Shown: positions 12,829-25,500 of the stretch, in pieces | How the letters are laid out: each line of letters opens with the position of its first letter | Position numbering within the stretch: the first letter of the stretch is position 1 | Origin: Lytechinus pictus | Taxonomy: Eukaryota | Length of the DNA: 64,000 nt | Direction: 5' to 3' | Assembly: GCF_037042905.1 (NCBI RefSeq) | Contig: NC_087250.1 | Span: forward strand, 4,528,001-4,592,000 | The notes under the pieces: model-generated | Databases searched by the model: none | What the model was told of the DNA's origin: nothing | Seen by the model: only the letters and a program-made list of their open reading frames with translations | Made by a program: the position numbers and the translations under genes

Positions 12829-13682
12829 TGGGGGTGTGTGCGCGTAAGGGTGAGTGTTTGTGTGCCTATGCCCGTGAGCAAGGCATTTAAATCTACAATG
12901 CTCTTTTTTGCTGCTTTCAAATAAATTGAAATGCTATATGCACTATTGGTAATTAAGTGTGCACTTGTTTAAAAAAAAGTGAGGGTGTGTGTGTGTATGT
13001 GGGTGTGTAGGTGTGAGGGTGGGTGTGTATGCGCGTGTGTGTGAGTATGTGTTGGGATATGTACTCTTTCTTCTTGCAGTGCTGCTACTTCAGTGACTAA
13101 ATATGAAAGGTGTTGGTTTATACCCAAGTAATAACAGATGGCATATTTATACGAAAACTATATATTTTGTTAATGAAGGAATCTATGACAATTGTAGCAT
13201 ATCTAAACAGACGGTAGAAGAAGAATCCAGCTGAAATAGATGTTTTTTCAGCAATATGAATGATACGCAATTTTGTTTATGACTAAACAAATTAAGAATT
13301 CAACTAGTATTTAAAAAAAGAACCAAGGCCGTGTATTTTTCTGTACACTGCTGTGGTAATCCGAACCGGCTTTTACAGGTCATTCCACAATGCATCATAT
13401 ATATAAAACAAGATTAAACATAAGTTCTCCCTTCATCATTCTCAAGTAGTGTAAATCCATTTGTACAATTTTATTACACTAGTCATGCTAGTGCAAGATA
13501 GCCATGGTACCAGCAAAATGTTGTAGTTGATATCATAGACTACATTGATGTATAAGTAATCTATACATGTAGGTATTAAAACAGTCGCACCAATAATAGG
13601 TCATTATAAATGTTATAGCTACCGTATAGGCTACAGAACAAGAAGGGAAAAAACAGAAGGGGAAGGAGGAGAAGAGAAAGAG

Positions 13683-13725
13683 TAGTAGATATTGTACAGT
13701 AGTATTAGTAGTAGTAGTAGTAGTA

Positions 13726-13788
<63 letters not shown>

Positions 13789-13876
13789 ATAGTAGTAGTA
13801 GTAACAGCAGCAGTAGTCCTAGCAGTGGTAAGTAGTAGTAATCATAAGTAATAGCAGTAATAGAAGTGTTGTAGTA
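13683..13876. repeat. (TAG)n microsatellite
   Basis: Direct inspection. Confidence 0.9.
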
Positions 13877-15484
13877 GAAAAGGCATAAAGATCTAGGAAT
13901 CGCTGCAGTCCTTAAGTAAGCAGTTGAGCCAACAATAATTCCTCGTGATCCCAAAGAATCGCCCAAACTCAAAACGACCCCTTCTCCAGGTTTAGTTCAT
14001 TATTATCACTTCTTTAAACACTGGTAAAGGGGGCGATTTTTATCCTCAGGCCATGTAGGTATGATAGCCATAACATTTCGTCTTTTTCTTGCTAGACGAT
14101 TATTGCCCATATCTAGACATGTTAGACCTAGCTCACGAGTAATGATGAAAAAATACATACGCATATTCAAATAGTATAATGTCGCAAGCCCGAGTGAGAA
14201 GGAAATTAAGAACGACTCTTGTTCACTGCATACAGACATGATATACATATAGAGCTTAGGCCCTATAACCACGTAAACTTGAAAAGAAGAAAAAAGTAAG
14301 ATATTAATTTTCTTACTAAACATATCCGAAATATGACTAATATTCTTATAGCAAACAACTAATATGATGTTACTATTGCAATATCATAATACATGTATAC
14401 ATACCTCTTTCATTCTACTACTGGCCTATTGTTACAATCCATTGATCATGTGATCATATTCGCTACCAGAGGTGAGGAGAATTAAGTCGGTAACTATTAC
14501 AACTACGTTTCGTGGTTTTAAAGGTGAGAGAATATGTTTCGCAGAATCATTGCTGTATTACAGAAAAGACTCGGTGTGCGGTCAGTGATTTGATCGTACA
14601 AAATGTGATTCTTTTCCCCCATTTTGGAGCCGTATTCAGCTTTGTATGACTATGGTTAAATACGCCTGGCTTTATCAAAGACTGAGACATGTACCTCTAT
14701 TTTACCTATTTAAACACATTTTTGATAACCATGATCGATCTTATTCTTATTTTCATTGGTATTATTATTATTATAATCATCATCATCATCATTATTGATG
14801 TTATTATTACTGTTGTTATTATCATCATTATCAATTTTTATTATTATTATTATTTTTGATAATATCACTAGAATTATTAACATTGTTATTAATACTATTA
14901 ACATCATTATTAATAGTACGATTATTCATATTACTATTAGCATTTTTATCGTTATCATTTCAGAAATAAGAACCTGTGCTTCCATATGCTTGTTAACAAC
15001 GATTAATAAATCTACAAATACAATACAAATATTTTCAACTTTCTGAAACGTTCATCGAAATAAAAGAGATTGGAAAGCTGAGAAATTTCACATTAGCGTG
15101 CTCCAGTCGTATTTAATGTCTTGTTTAAAGTCGTACACAACTTACTGATTTAAACCCCCCCCCCCCCCAAAAAAAAAAAAAAAAAAAAAAAAAAACGATA
15201 GACCGAGTGTCCCTTTAATACCACTTGAATTTTTGTTTCCTACCAAGGTCCAAAGTACGTCAGTAATATCTTTTTCTATTGGTTTATTTGTCATTTATCT
15301 TTATTTATCAAGTTCATATCAATTTTCTCTTGGCTAATAGTGATCTAAACTCCGGGGGACTATTTCATGAACCATATAGGCGGTGGTTACAAGATATATC
15401 GAAATTGTTGCATCTGATAGGCTCAGGGCCAATATGTCGGTGGAAATTGCTGACAAGATGCAATGCTAAATGTAAATTTATGTT

Positions 15485-15825
<341 letters not shown>

Positions 15826-16090
15826 TTGTGAGTCCTCTTAATACCCTACAAATATACAAAACCCTAACAGCTTCGACACATTTAATATTTTAATCCAAAA
15901 GAATATGCAAACACGCTGTTATTCTCATTATGAAAAATCAATACTAAAGGTACACATTGGATCATAAAAAAAATTTATGTAGCCGTTCAGATCAGTCGTT
16001 TATGGTGAATAATATCATTGGGAATAAAAACGGAAAATAGTCAGAATAGCAAAGACAATCGAATGGTTAAAGCATACATATTGCTCATAG

Positions 16091-17285
16091 TTAATAATAA
16101 TAATATATAATACCGTGTGAGTAAGAACAAAAAATTGACACCTCACAAATTCCTAAATCATAAGGACAAAACATATGTCATGGACGCATAATCATTATAT
16201 ATGACCTGAAAGAGTATCTTCTCCAAAATAATTTGATACCATATTCATGTGTTATGTCTTCACGCTTGGAAAATCAATAGGTATTCTTTGGAGTAATGTA
16301 AATTTTGATTTGCGCCAAAGTAAGGCATGACTGCAATGAATGAATCCAGATGCCAATGATGTTATAATCCTACATGAGTTAGTAAACATATTTGATAATC
16401 GCTTTTCAATGAAATTAACTTGAGAATTGATACCAATATGACTTGTGCTTGTTACACAATTTTAATGTAAATTACTGATAAAATGTTTCGTAATATATTT
16501 TGATTTGATTTGATTTTATTTCAACATTTTCCCAACAGAAATTATTAACATAGTGTACAACATAAAAAGAAATAGTGATACATTTCTTTTTACAAAAATA
16601 AATACAATTAGTAATTCATTGGCATAAAATGTATATAGATCATAGTTTGCAATATTATAAGTTGTACTTTGTTGAGTAGACAAAAAAAATGCTGGAGACC
16701 GCTACCATAAGCAGTGCTTGACTAAGGTAGCGGCCTCAAACGTAATAGCGAAATAAACAAAAAAAGAAAACGAAGTCAAATACAAATCGGGCATTGACTT
16801 ACATAAATTATAAACAGATATTATTAATACGATGTTTACATGCAAGGACCTTGTATGCCTGATATTGTGTGCACAGTTGACGTGTTTGCATGTGTTTGTG
16901 CATGTGCAAACGTGTGCGTGTGTGCAAATGTATATCTAAAATTTAAAATTGTGTGTGTATTGTATAAGTGTGTATGTTGAGAGTGTGTGTGTGTCGATAT
17001 ATGAGGGCGTGGGGGTAGTATTAATTAGGAATTATTGAATGGTTCCAGGATTACAGCTTGAAATGATAGAAAAGTTTGATACTATGACTATTCTTTTTTC
17101 AATACATGAATTTTTCTGATTTTTCCAAGGGCTGAAACATACCATATAAATATGGTATCAATAGTTTGAGAAAGCATACTCTCACAGGCTGTATATAATA
17201 AGTATGTGTTCATGACATAATTTTCCTTAAATTGGGGATTTTGAGGTGTCAAATTATTAATTTTTTTTGGGGGGGACGCACGATA
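16091..17285. mobile_element. Decayed Tc1-like MITE with an inserted LINE 3' tail
   Basis: Degenerate TIRs (ttgacacctca / tgaggtgtcaa); internal (TTTGA)n tail at ~16500 and a stem-loop at ~16695-16737. Confidence 0.5.
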
Positions 17286-17295
17286 TGTCTGTGTA

Positions 17296-17335
<40 letters not shown>

Positions 17336-17769
17336 GGTTCAAACAAAGAAAAATATAAAAACTCCGTGGACAATAATATTTTAACGAATTTGTCAAGTTA
17401 TGACAAATTTATTAGATTGCGTCAAAATAATGCATCATAAAGATGCGCATATCCAAAACAGTGAGCAAAAGCGCACAAAGGATGACGAAAAAGATACGTC
17501 ATAAAGGGGAACGAAAGAAGACAGTAGGAGAGGTAGATAGAGAGAAAATGAGAAAGTGATGAAGAGAGAGAGCGCGTAAGAGAAAGAAAGAAAGAGAGAG
17601 AAGGATCGAGGGAGATAGGGGAGAAATAAAAAAAGAGAAGGGAAAAAAAAGGAAAGAGAAAAGGAAAGAAAAGGAATGAGAGACAAGGAAAAGAAATTAA
17701 AAGAAAAATAAAAAGAAAGTAAAAGAAAAAGAAAAAGAAAAGAAAGATCTACGTCAGACGAAATGAGTG

Positions 17770-18378
17770 GAAAGAAACATTGAGTCCATTGGGTTGGAGA
17801 CATCCAAGGCGATGGATAATCTTCTCTTCCAAAAGCTTTCTGTCGTCATCACTTCCTTTGCAAGATAGAATTCCGAAGATATTCAAATCATCTATGGTGT
17901 GTCCTGGCAAATTGAAGTGACGGGCCACAGGAAGACCTTAAGTGTTGAGTCTAATGGATCTCAGGTGTTCGGTAGCTATGTCGGCCATCCTACGCTTGGT
18001 TTCCCCTATATAGATCAAGTCACAGCGAGAGCAGACGATGGCATAAATCAGGTTGGTGGAGGTACAGGTAAAATCTTCCCTTATTTGCCACGTGCCATTC
18101 GGCCCCTTCAGAAATCAGAAACAAAACGGCACGTGTTGCACCTACGTCTCCTGCAAGATGGTGTTCCTTGCCGCTGGGTTTGATTGACTGCAAGTGGTTT
18201 CATTCTGGAGTGTAGGTAACAATGGGTGGTTCATTGAATATCCTCTTCACTTCAGGGTCTCTTTCAAGGATAGAGGTATTGCTCATGACAATGGAGAGGA
18301 GTTTGACTGTCTGGGGGTAGTAAGTCATCACTAGAGGTACTCTCTTAGTTTTTTGACGAGTTCTCTCCTGAAGAGCTT
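17770..18378 (-). mobile_element. Penelope-like element fragment (GIY-YIG endonuclease)
   Basis: Minus-strand translation gives RVPLVMTYYP, CRRRRCNTC linker, NLIYAIVCSRCDLIYIGETKRRM..EH and LGCLQPNGLN; interrupted; abuts a (TA)n tract. Confidence 0.85.
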
Positions 18379-18385
18379 GTATATA

Positions 18386-18446
<61 letters not shown>

Positions 18447-18521
18447 CATAGCACCCTGTACCCCAAAATGACAGAAATTTTCAAGAAATCGTATTACTAA
18501 ATATTCAGTTACTATTTTCAA

Positions 18522-19378
18522 AGGACAAGTCCACCCCAACACAAAGTTGATTTGAATAAAAAAAGAACAATCCAACAAGTATAACACTGGAAATTTCATC
18601 AAAATCGGATGTAAAATAAGAAAGTTATGAAATTTCAAATTTTCGCTTAATTTCACAAAACAGTTATATGCACATCCTGGCTGGTATGCAATTGAGGAGA
18701 CTATAATAATACTATAGGGTATTTATATTGCGCACATATCCACCTTGTTAGGTGCTCATGGCGCTCCTATATTACCCGGCTAAGCTAGGCGTTCACAGCG
18801 CACATAGCTTTTTTTAAGGAATTACTTCCTACCTTCCTACATTTACCTCACCTGGGTTGAGTGCAGCACATTGTGGATCAGTTTCTTGCTGAAGGAAATT
18901 ACGCCATGGCTGGGATTCGAACCCACGACCCTCTGTTTCAAAGTCCGGAGACTGATCCACTGGGCCACAATGCTCCACTATGACGTCACCCACTCACTAT
19001 TTCTTGTGTATTTCATTATATATATTCTAATTTTCTCCTCATTGTCAAGTGATACAACGATTAATTCCTCCCTGAACATGTGGAATTAGCATTGTTTCAT
19101 ACTATATGGTTCAGTCAAGTTGGTCCTTATTGTGAAATCTATAAAAAATTAAATATTGTATAATTCAAACAATAACAAAACAAAAGAAATAGTGAGTGAT
19201 GGACATCATCGACTGAGTCACCTAGTTGTGCATATCACTGTTTTGTGAAAAATAAGCGAAACTTTAAAATGTCATAACTTTCTTATTTTACATCCGATTT
19301 TGATGAAATTTTCAGCTGTATGCTAGTTTGATTTTTCTCTATTTATTCAAGTCAGCATTTTCCTGGGGTGGACTTGAT
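18522..19378. mobile_element. Kolobok-like MITE (AGGACAAGTCCACCC TIR) interrupted by a SINE
   Basis: Palindromic arms (ttcatcaaaatcggatgtaaaataagaaag); family copies at 28778-29379 and 39117-39610. Confidence 0.75.
18706..18978 (-). mobile_element. tRNA-derived SINE nested in a MITE
   Basis: Minus strand has A box TGGCCCAGTGG and B box GGTTCGAATCC, a conserved body (cactcaacccaggtgaggtaaatg) and an AT-rich tail; second copy at 27176-27447. Confidence 0.8.
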
Positions 19379-19520
19379 CACACTAGGCCTATTTATATTA
19401 TCCCCAAACGGCCTCCTTTATTTAAAAACGTGTAATCCATGAATGAATTTCACTCTATATAATTTCTGAGTGTAATGACATAATGCATGCATTGGACACC
19501 GCGGTGGAGGTCTTCTCTAC

Positions 19521-22500
19521 TCAGTTCAACTCTTTTAACACATCTTCTGTGATGTAATCCTTCAGACAATCGAGAGAGTATTCCCATAAAAGCTCCTGCT
19601 TTACTTTGTCTCTGTGTTAAAAAAAAGGAAATGAGAGTATTAAACGGCTAGCACTTCTAAAATAAAAAGAGAAACCATCAAAAACAACAAAAGATAATTA
19701 GTATATACAGTTCGATTTACAACAAACTGGACATAGCGGCTTGTATTCTGAAGTTTGGTTTTATTCAAAATCTGGTTTCAAGTTTTGGTTTAACTATGGA
19801 TAGCCATTTGTGACATGCATCTCTCATAGAAGTTTTATTTATCAGCTCATTTTACACTAAAAGCATTCTTAACATTTTTCGGCTTCCCATGATTTTAGCA
19901 CAGATTAAAACCCTGGTCCAAGTTAAACCTGACTTCAGAATACGGGCTTATGAATATAAAAATAATGAACAAGAAAAAAAGGGCTCTAAGAATGGTTGAC
20001 TAGCATGTATGAATAGACTGTACGTTAGCATTTTTTATTTTCTTTCTTTATTGTGCTTGGTGTACGTTATACTTCCTGAGCTCGTAAAAATGGATGAAAT
20101 TACTTCAACGAAGAACAGACAAACCAACAAAATCTTTAATAATTATATTTTTTTATTAAGCACTTACTTTCCAAGAGTCAATGCAATGAGAAATACATAC
20201 TCTAATTTCATCTTCCCCTTCCCCCATATTCAACAAGCAAACTGTGTGCCTTTATAGAGAATAAGACAATGAAATAATATGAACAATTCACAAAATTATG
20301 AGGGACAAAATGCCGGGATATTTCACACAGGGCATTGAGCTCAAACCCACTAAATACTTTTAAAATACACTTTTAAAAATGGGGTGCTGAAGTTGAACGA
20401 ATTTGGGCTTGCTTCGAATTGTGGCTACACTTCAGGATGCTAAAAAACAGTCGCCTCGTAATCCTGACAATAATTGTGTTTTCTTTTTTACGTTTTTGCA
20501 GGGTGTTTTGAAGCCCGGAGTGCAAAATTTGACACTTCCCAGGTAACAATACAGCGTTGGACCAACGTTGGATCAACGTTGGGAAATTTTTTCCCAACGT
20601 TGCCTCAACGTTGGCCTGCCAACGTTGCATCATCGATAGAAGTGCACGCGCATACATCGTCAGACCAACAACATTTCCAACGTCAGTTCAACGTTGTCCA
20701 GCAACAATGTTTCAACGTTGTCTGGCAACGTTGATCCAATGTTGGCTAAATAGTCAAATACAACATTGCTACAACGTTGGTAAGCAACGTTGCATCATCG
20801 ATAGAAGTGCACGTCCATACATCGTCAGACCAACAACATTTCCAACGTCAGTTCAACGTTGTCCACCATCAATGCTCCAACGTTGGTATAATGTCGGCTG
20901 AGTCATCAATAACAGCGTTGCTGCAACGTTGATGGGCAACGTTGAAGCAGCGATGGACGTGCACTTGCATACATCGTCAGTCCAACTATGTTTACAACGT
21001 TGGTTCAACGCTGTCCAGCAACAATGCTCCAACGTTGTCTGGCAACATTGCTCCAACATTGTTACAACGTTGTCACAACGTTGCTCCAACATTGCTCCAA
21101 TGTTATTCCAACGTATGGCAGTAATTAACAAAACATTAATTGGTTTCAAGGTGAAGTCCACCATTACAACTCTACACTCTAATCTTTATCATCATGTCTT
21201 ATCCTATCCTAAAATCCTACATCCTAATCCTATATCCTATTCCTATCATCCTACACCTATCCACTGTATCCTGTCATTGACTCCTATATATAGAGCAACT
21301 TTGCTATACTTGGCAGAATACAGTTAATATCATTTTCCACACTCTACCTTGAATATTTCACTTAGAATAATATGTTTTGATTATAAATGATATGGTAATG
21401 GAGCCACATACTTTTCTGAAACTTTTCATGGTGGAAATATTGAATAAACATAAATACTCTAATTATTATAGCAATATTACCTAAAATTTTGGTCATTTAC
21501 TGATGTAATGAATATTCATGAGTGCATAATCATTGTCCAGATGAGGCAGGTATGGCAGCGTTGGTCCAACGTTGGGTGACGTTGATCCAACGTTGGTATA
21601 ATGTTGGTCCAATGTTGATGGAAAGTTGATTCAACTTTAGTCCAATGTTAGTCCAACGTTGGCGTAAACGTTGATTCAATGTTTGTCTAATATCGGTTAA
21701 ATGTTGTTGTAACGTTGATTCTTTGTTGGTCTAATTTTAAACAAATCCAACGATGCGCCATCTCCATCAAACAGTTTTCAACACTGTGCCATCATCATCT
21801 GTAACCTGTTCATGATTCTATCAAAAAACATTACAACTATTATTACAGCTATTCATTTCTTTTCATTCTTTCTGTTACAAGTCTCTTCACATAATTAAGA
21901 GGAATCAAGAGAATTACGTGTGATATTTATTGAGGCCTTTGTAGCATTCAAACTTTTTTGACATCCTCTTTTTCTCAAACAAGACTAATACCAAAAAACA
22001 TATGCATATGTAATAAGAATTAAGATGTATTACATTTTCTTGCGAGTTGCAATCTCTGTTTCTGTCTACAATTGTTTAATGACTCGGTATGCAATGCCAA
22101 TTGCAACGTCAGTAATCATCACAAAAACTCACATGTGTAATTGCAGTCTCTCAGTATTTACAAAATCTAAAAAGGAGGTCGCGTAACTTGGCCTCACTCA
22201 GAGTAACGTAGCTACTGCCTACTGTAACTAAAGAGTGCCTCTTTTTGATTAAGATAGAAGTAAACTGATATCTCAATATGCATGGCCATGGCCTAGTCTC
22301 GCTCGTGCCATAACTATTAAATGATATTTCAGCGTCAAGTGTAGAATGCCTCACATAGCAACTACAGGTTTGACTGCAGTTGGAAAACACTCGGTCCAGG
22401 CTAGGCCAGGCAGGACCGACCAAGTCAATTCAAGGCAGCGTATAATAAATAAGGCAGGAATGCCAGGTAGCAAGTCATTGGGTGATTTCAAGTACGGTGT

Positions 22501-25500
22501 ACGGTGTTGAGAGCGTGAAAGGGCTGCTGAACTGAGCTCCAACACCAAGCGTAATATTATTTTTCATTGAAATGTATTCTAACTCTAATGATTTGCTCTC
22601 ATCTTAAATGTAAAAGATAATTTTACGGAGATGGTTCGTCGTGTTCGCCCCCTGTTCGTAAGCTACAGTTCATCAACACCAACACTGAACTTTAAATCAC
22701 GATTCTCCCAATTCCTGGGGGTCGGTGTTGCTGAATAGGGAAATTGCTTGTAGATCATCAACACCATGCAGCCACAGTGCAGTGTTGGGTTCAGCAGATG
22801 ACAATCAACACCAGCCTTCAACACAAACTGCCGGAAATACACCATATTTTCCGAGGTCATTCTCAACACCAGCCTGATTCAAGTACGGTGTTGTCACAAC
22901 ACCAACACTAACCCAGGGAGCTCCGGCCCGCTCAGCGGGCCGGAGCCCATGGGCTTACCGTGTAATTCACCATACCCACGGTAGTAGCGTGAAGTATGGT
23001 CTAAATACTTATCCGAATAAATAGTTAAAACAGAAATTAAGCACTTACCACGATTATATGGATGAAGGTCTAACGAGTGGCAGCTTCCTGACATCGAGGC
23101 ACAGACTGGAACCTCAAAAAACGAAAAGTTCTGTCGCGGTAGCTCTCCTTCTTTCAGAATTCATAGCAAAATGGCCGTTCGAGACCGGTACCGAGGGTGT
23201 AGGTCGCATGCGCGAATTTGACAAAGTCTATATGCGCTAGTGCTATTAGCCTCGGTCTCAATCGGCCATTTTGTTTGTCTCAATCGGCCATTTTGTTTTG
23301 AATTCTGAAAGAGGAGAGCTACCGCAACAGAACTTTTCGTTTTTTGAGGTTCCATGGCAGTCTGTGCCTCGATGTCAGGAAGCTGCCACTCGTTAGACCT
23401 TCATCCATATAATCGTGGTAAGTGCTTAATTTCTGTTTTAACTATTTATTCGGATAATTATTTAGACCATACTTCACGCTACTACCATGGGTATGGTGAA
23501 TTACACGGTAAGCCCCTGGGCTCCGGCCCGCGCAGCGGGCCGGAGCTCCCTGGGTTACACCAACACCAGATTTCAACACTGTACTTGAAAATCATCCAAT
23601 GACTGTTGCCTTGCCATTGGTATCGCATACTCGTTCCCACTCACACGTATTGCGAGGTTAGTATTAGTCACTCACACAAGCTAATTACGAGGTTAGTTAG
23701 TATGTTATACTGTGCAGTGACTGGTGTTAAGTACTACTTTACTACTACTTACAGTACACGAATATACTAGCGTCGGACTGTACGCGCACAGAAGCTGACT
23801 CCGGGATCTTTCGGAGGGGATCAATGGTTGCAGTTACCGATTATCTGCAAGCGCAAAGAAAATTCCACTGTAGATTGTAGGTCCTAAATATGCAGCTTAT
23901 AAGTACTGTTCCAGATCACTAGATATTCTGGAATTTAATTGTCTATATCCACTATCCAGTCCAAATTCTGCCAGATTCTTCAAGTTCAAAATTGAAGGAA
24001 GCAGACTACACAGACATGAAAGAAGGAGTCCGACGTCGCGACTAATTCTGCGCATCAGAATAGTATGGTATTTTTAAATAGGCACATTTGATGCTTGTAT
24101 TTCCTTCTTCAATTTCTTCTAGTTATGTGACGGTAGGCCTATGACATATCTCGTACTTACTGTGAAAGGCCTAGCCAGCTGCAAAGGACGAGGGCGTTTC
24201 TGGAAATTCTGGTCTTGAACTACATTTTTTTCTTGTTTTTCTCCTTTATTTTCTATATTAATCGACACATTTGCATCCCCCGGTGCATGCAGCCTCTCTA
24301 TTTTACCCCATCTTTATTTTTGTTTTCCCATTAGACTTAGTTTTAGTTCCTCTTTCCCTTCCCATTATTTTCCTTCTCTCTCGATTTCTTTTCCCCTTAT
24401 TGCTGGGGGATACCAAGGGTGACATGGATAGAAAAGCAAACTTACTTGATCGACCCCCCCCCCCCTTGGCCCCATTGGAAATTATGCGAGTAGTCTTGTC
24501 TTGTCTTGGGTTAAGTCGGCATATGCAGACTTGCTGTACTCCGCCAACTTTATCAATTATCAATTCTCCAATGAACCAGTTTCTAACGTTCTCAACACTG
24601 TGTATATTATGCCGGGATATTATGTTGACTGTCAAACAAATATCCAACAAACTATAGTTTCCAACATTGTGTCAATGTTAACTGTCAACAACTCTCCAAT
24701 AAACTATTCAAATTACGCTGTCCACGTTGTGCCATTGTCCGTTGTTCAACAACTCTCCATCAAACTAGTTTCCAACTTTGTCAACGTTGTGCCATTGTCG
24801 ACTGTCCAACAAATCTCCAAGAAAATAGTTTCCAACGTTGTTCCTTTGTCGGTTGTTCAGCAACTCTCCATCGAACTAGTTTCCGACGTAGTCAACGCTG
24901 TGCCTTTGTTGGCTGTTCAACACCTATCCAATCAAACACGCGTTTCCAACGTTGTGACGTTGTTGGCTGTCCAACAAATCTCCAACACACTAGTTTCCAA
25001 TGTTGTGCCATTGTCTGTTGTTCAACAACTTTCCAACGTTGTGTCATCGTCGACTATCCTACTGATCTCCAATCTACCAGTTTCCAACGTTGTGCCAGTG
25101 TCAGTTGTTCAACAACCTCCCATCTAACTAGTTTCCAGCTTTATCAACGTTGTGTCATTGTATACTATCTAACTGATCTCCAATCTACCAGTTTCCAACG
25201 TTGTGCCATCGTCGACTATCCAACAAATCTCCATCGAACTAGTTTCTAGCTTTGACAACGTTGTGCCATAGTTGGTTGTTCAACAACTTTCCATCGAACT
25301 AGTTTCCAACGTTGCCAACCTTGTGTCATCGTCGACTATCCGACTAATCTCCAACCTACTAGTTTCCATCGTTGTGCCATTGTCGACTGTCCAACAACTC
25401 TCCAACTAACAAGTTTCCAACGTTGCCAACGTCGTGTCATTGTTGATTGTTCAACAACTTTCCAGCGAACTAGTTTCCAACGTTGCCAACGTTGTGCCTT

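Noticed and set aside
22894..23602. Mirror-image ORF pairs (MSGSCHSLDL..., MEPQKTKSS...)
   Set aside because: A by-product of the MITE's inverted repeats.
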